A stretch of DNA of 64,000 nucleotides from a virus. The stretch lies in IMG/VR virus record IMGVR_UViG_3300047445_000314, positions 1 through 64,000 of that record, one strand, 5' to 3'. A program made the translations under genes and the position numbers. Every line of letters begins with the position of its first letter. The first letter of the stretch is position 1. This document shows, in pieces, positions 60,901 through 64,000 of this stretch. Below the pieces are notes generated by a model. The model was not told where the DNA came from. It worked only from the letters and a program-made list of their open reading frames with translations, and did not search any database.

Positions 60901-63441
60901 GGTCATGCCAAACAACTGGGCCTGGATTCGACCAATGCAGTCAAGGCCGGGGTGGAGGACTCCAGCGAGGCGCTGGCGGTGTTCGTCAATAAAACCACCA
61001 GCATCTTCACAGACGCCAGCGCCATTATCTTCACACAGATGGTGGTCCCTCTTATCGAAGCACGCGATGCTCGCGATAAGCTGCTAGTCGATATTGCAGA
61101 GCAGCAGAAGATACTCGACAACCCCGGCGCAAGCAAACAGGACAAGAAAGAGGCCACTGAACGGCTGGCAGAGTACAACGAGCAGCTTAAGGCCGCTAAG
61201 GAGACCTTCCGCCTGTTCGGCGTGGCGATTAGCGATGTCAGCAAAAAGATAGCCGAGATGAAGGGCGTTCCGCAGAATGTCCTGGACTCGGTCGCCCTCG
61301 TACTGGGGATTGCAAATACCAAAGAAGTGACGCTCGCCTCCGCGAAGGCTATCAAGACGGAGCTTGCCACCGCCAAGCAGCAGGGCACCCCATTGACCGG
61401 TGCCGATGCAGGTAAGACGCTGGATAAGCCGAAGGCGACCGGCAGCAACACGGTTGATCCAAAGGGTGGAGAGAGTGAAGCGCGTAAGCTGGCGAAAGCG
61501 AAGGCCGACCTTATCCGCGCCCAACTAGAGGCAGAAGCTGCGATAAAAAAGCAAGCCAACGACAATGCCTTGCAAGAGGACCAGCGCCGGTTCGATCGTG
61601 GTCTGATCGATCTGAGGGAGTTCTACCGGGAAAAGGCGCGAATCGACACCAACAACCTGAATATCGAGATCAACCTGAAGCAGGATGAGATCGACAATAA
61701 GCTGAAGGAACGCGGCGATAAGTCATTCAAGGAATCCGACCGTGTCAAGATCGACAAAGAACTGGCTATCTTGCGAGGACAGAAGGCGGTTCTGATATCC
61801 AGGGTCAACGAGATACCAGCACAGACTGCGGAAACGATCCGCAGGGCGGTAAAAACCTTCAATGAAGGGGTATTGGCCGACAAGCTCAACCTGGTCAAGG
61901 CCTTCGGCCTGGATGACGCCGAACAGGCAATGAAGGACCAATTTACCCTGATCGAGAGCCAGATCGAGGAGCGTATCCAGACATTGGAGACCGCGTTGTC
62001 GAAGAAGCGGCCAGGTATTACACGCGGCCTCATCGACGGTCTCAAGCTGGATGCGCTGGTTAAAGCTATCGACCCGCTTTTGCAATCAATTGCAGATCGG
62101 GCGCGCTTGACCGCCGACGCGGTGCAGAATGCCTTTAACCGTATCGCCTTCCTGCGCAATCAGGGAAAGGTCACCGATAAGCAAGTCGAGCAGTTCACCA
62201 ATCTGGCCAACGCGGAACAGGCGGTGGCGATCCAGCGACAGATCGACGATACCGAACGCCTGATCGCAATCAATAATCGCGAGATCGAGACCAAGATGCT
62301 TGCGGCAGGTGCTACCCGCGAGAATATCCGTGCGGCCATCGAGCAGGATGTCGCTTACCAGCAGAATATCAATGCACTGGACGGCCTGAAGCTGAAGTAC
62401 CAGGAGTTGACGGCGGTAGTCGACGAGACGGCGACATCAATCAACCATGCGCTGGAAGCGGGTATCAGCAATTCGCTAACCAATGCGATGAGCCGCAGCT
62501 TTGGTGGCATCCGCCGCATGCTGGGCAACCTGCTGACCGACCTCGGTCATGCGATCCGCGAATCCGTCGCCAAGGAATTCTCCCAGACCATCATCAAGGA
62601 TGTGCTCGGTGGCGGCGGCACGGGTGGTATCGGCGGCTTCTTCTCCGGTCTATTGCGGGGGGCTGGCGACGGCCCGAAGGCGCTGATCGATAAGGACAAG
62701 CTGGGTCGCACCAAGGATAGCGCGATGTACGTCCGGCTGGCCGACGCGCAGGATGCGCTGGTCAACCCACAAGGGCAAGGCCAGGACAGCGCGTTCGGCC
62801 CTACCCCCAACGGCGAGACGCTGAGCCTCAAGGATTTCAGTAAGGAGACCCAGGACGCGGTCGGTGCGGCGGAGGACGGCGCTACCAAGATACTCGCCAG
62901 CGCCGGTAATGTGTTCGCCGAGCGCGGCCTGCAAGGCGTGGTAGAGCAGGGTATCGGCAGCGTCAAGAAATCGCTGGTGAGCGGCGTATTGAACCTGTCC
63001 AACGATACCAAGGGCGGCGGTATATTCGGGGATTTCTTCAAGGCGGTCGGTAGTACCTTTAAAGAAGCACTAAAGGGTATCGGTGATCTGCTCGGTTCTG
63101 CTTTATCGGGGGTGGGAGGCATTCTCAGCGGTGTATTCCACACGGGCGGCGTGGTCGGTGAAGGCTCCGCCATGGCAACCGTGTCGCCTATGGTGTTTGC
63201 CAATGCGATACGCTACCATACTGGTGGCCTGGCAGGGTTGAAGCCGAATGAGGTACCTGCCATCCTGCAAAAAGGGGAAGAGGTATTGACCGCGAACAGC
63301 CCACGCCACCGCGACAACATTGCCGTGGCACCGAAGGCACCACCGGTCAACTTGCAATTGTCGGTACATCCGGACGCGCTGAACATGACCTTGCGCGACT
63401 GGTTCGAGTCAGAGCTGGCGCGCATTCACGCCAACCGGTAA
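57982..63441 (+). CDS. Tape measure protein (1819 aa)
   Basis: TP901-type N-terminus 'LANVKKTTG', Ala-rich helical body, C-terminal 'RYHTGGLAGLKPNEVPAILQKGEEVLT'. Confidence 0.95.
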   Translation: MADSQLNVTIQARDELSPDLNRLESKLIRFVGAVTSALAAIKISGLPISTAGDLERELANVKKTTGFTTTQILDLNDGLLKLSLHSDQSALNLAKISSAAGQQGLGGAGVAGVLKFTDSIARMASVLDIEVGKAGSDMGKLLNIFKIDINDVEKAASGFNEVTNHGAINAGNLLDAVKRIGAAAGSINATPLENLRDAITLGATGIELGLSPEVVGTSFTKILVQLKTKRADIIKALSRAEGKPVTEDEWLADVEKSGINAYLRLTKALRTFTGAGQAELISRTQGQGRIFGLGDKALQDVNDDLIRKNRANAAKGIDTGTSALREQQTVLNTFNAQVETLKNSLFKLAADGGQPLLAVLTKYVGQLALALQAPGMRAFIGAVVKSFGDMIDLAVSLTKAVSALGINWENFIKVVKVLLTVKAVSYFLNLATSLPIISGLLKKVTADTAAVGAAATGAGAAVGASNAKQMNSWEALRASVKKTADAYRTASAERIAAAEKEAAATAALAAKAAASFAEKDAAIVAAYQTKVAKSAAAASQKQSQPALNQARVSLNTAQGAVAAAITSGNAAIQNGDAALANATNTGQVGVDKAVAIGQAKRAAALKEHEAQMAAIEAEARGKRTAVDKEAKAFALAQEEAFYTKQLASLKVADAKRIQQAKVAADALLLTTTQRVEQEILAENAKLLAMQKGAAQANIANVIAIKNAEQLAKLRANAAAGILPIVPTTGPGLGGGPAPASPTPLPRAPAGGLFAGLSKLEVLAVGLTAVGNALKFVLRWLGPVYLGFIILGSIADALGWVDILPKALRNLGDWLGFSSEAARKEAQAMEESTAAMKRKNDRIKEQVDQYKELLLINGKLDKNKSDDVTNKIKLNTDAKTKAQGVDQLGALLSAARLVNTDALTEASAQPAVDAAKKNELDAFPAKIAKAKAELAQLQKSLQDSNTETAGFFATAVEKRTVELKTIEDAYAIASGHAKQLGLDSTNAVKAGVEDSSEALAVFVNKTTSIFTDASAIIFTQMVVPLIEARDARDKLLVDIAEQQKILDNPGASKQDKKEATERLAEYNEQLKAAKETFRLFGVAISDVSKKIAEMKGVPQNVLDSVALVLGIANTKEVTLASAKAIKTELATAKQQGTPLTGADAGKTLDKPKATGSNTVDPKGGESEARKLAKAKADLIRAQLEAEAAIKKQANDNALQEDQRRFDRGLIDLREFYREKARIDTNNLNIEINLKQDEIDNKLKERGDKSFKESDRVKIDKELAILRGQKAVLISRVNEIPAQTAETIRRAVKTFNEGVLADKLNLVKAFGLDDAEQAMKDQFTLIESQIEERIQTLETALSKKRPGITRGLIDGLKLDALVKAIDPLLQSIADRARLTADAVQNAFNRIAFLRNQGKVTDKQVEQFTNLANAEQAVAIQRQIDDTERLIAINNREIETKMLAAGATRENIRAAIEQDVAYQQNINALDGLKLKYQELTAVVDETATSINHALEAGISNSLTNAMSRSFGGIRRMLGNLLTDLGHAIRESVAKEFSQTIIKDVLGGGGTGGIGGFFSGLLRGAGDGPKALIDKDKLGRTKDSAMYVRLADAQDALVNPQGQGQDSAFGPTPNGETLSLKDFSKETQDAVGAAEDGATKILASAGNVFAERGLQGVVEQGIGSVKKSLVSGVLNLSNDTKGGGIFGDFFKAVGSTFKEALKGIGDLLGSALSGVGGILSGVFHTGGVVGEGSAMATVSPMVFANAIRYHTGGLAGLKPNEVPAILQKGEEVLTANSPRHRDNIAVAPKAPPVNLQLSVHPDALNMTLRDWFESELARIHANR

Positions 63442-63464
63442 CACTAGGTAAAACAGGAGGTACT

Positions 63465-63683
63465 ATGTCCATTACAATCCATCCACAAGCCATCCGCCCC
63501 GACGCCACCGCTGTGGCGGTGCTGCGCGGTCCGGCCAACGTCAGCGTGATCTGGTCGTTGACCGGAGCAGGCACACTCACACACGCGTCGGAGCGGACGG
63601 ACGGGCAAGGTATCGCTACTGCCTTATTTACGCCCAGTGCCGCTGACCAGACGGCGATCATCTCCGCGCAGTACGCTGAATAA
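63465..63683 (+). CDS. Small Ig-like tail protein
   Basis: 'TDGQGIATALF' Ig/Big-like motif; AGGAGG RBS. Confidence 0.55.
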   Translation: MSITIHPQAIRPDATAVAVLRGPANVSVIWSLTGAGTLTHASERTDGQGIATALFTPSAADQTAIISAQYAE

Positions 63684-63692
63684 GGAGAGGCA

Positions 63693-64000
63693 ATGTCAAT
63701 TGATCTCTACTATCACCGTCCCACGGATAGTGGCGCGTGGCTGACCGGTATGCTATGGCTGGATACGGTCGGCGTATGTACCCTGATCGCGTCGGCGGAA
63801 GGGCAGCCCAACCTATATGGCATCCTGCAACTTGATGGTAGCTGGGATACGCGTAGCGTCAGCATCTATACCCCGCCCGACACGGCGCAGGCCTGGTTCG
63901 GCCCCGACCTGTCCCTCAAAGAATCCATGGTGATGGTCACACAAAAGGTGATCATCACCGGCACCAGTGATCTGTTCAAATGGGACTACGAGGCGTTCTA
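63693..64000 (+). CDS. Tail protein, 3'-truncated by the window edge
   Basis: AAGGAGAGG RBS; frame open to the window end. Confidence 0.55.
   Translation, partial: MSIDLYYHRPTDSGAWLTGMLWLDTVGVCTLIASAEGQPNLYGILQLDGSWDTRSVSIYTPPDTAQAWFGPDLSLKESMVMVTQKVIITGTSDLFKWDYEAF

Noticed and set aside
1-64000. Integrase, CI repressor or other evidence of temperate lifestyle; host assignment
   Set aside because: None recognisable in this window, so lifestyle and host cannot be determined from it.

Overview
This window is a 64-kb segment of a tailed dsDNA phage genome, probably a siphovirus (tail tube, frameshifted tail chaperones and a long tape measure, with no sheath). It is GC-rich, and essentially all credible genes are on the + strand. 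Order: 3' end of the terminase large subunit (1-561); thymidylate synthase; a sigma70-driven ~860-nt cluster of structured RNAs with three non-canonical tRNA-like elements (2117-2975); about 30 kb of small early/accessory genes organised by repeated promoter and leader motifs; a largely non-coding junction (31.5-36.3 kb) that looks like a genome end or origin; nucleotide-metabolism and miscellaneous genes (dNMP kinase, NTP-PPase, thermonuclease, M15-like protein, stand-alone ligase Ia domain); then portal, XkdF-like protease, scaffold, capsid, head-tail and tail genes, and the tape measure. The most striking unexplained signals are: (1) a ~2-kb strand-specific desert of CTG/GTG trinucleotides (33985-36051) directly next to tracts packed with CTG/GTG, each headed by a bipartite GGTGGGCAC-N9-TATACT motif; (2) about 34 copies of a 16-bp pseudo-palindrome (TTGCAATCGATTGCAA-like) spread over the whole window, including inside structural genes; (3) the tRNA-like RNA cluster; (4) a cassette-like array of 16-bp repeats, each separating single small ORFs; (5) a stand-alone CapW/BrxR-type wHTH lacking its WYL sensor. 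All protein calls come from recognising motifs by eye, and all motif counts are hand counts. No database searches were run.
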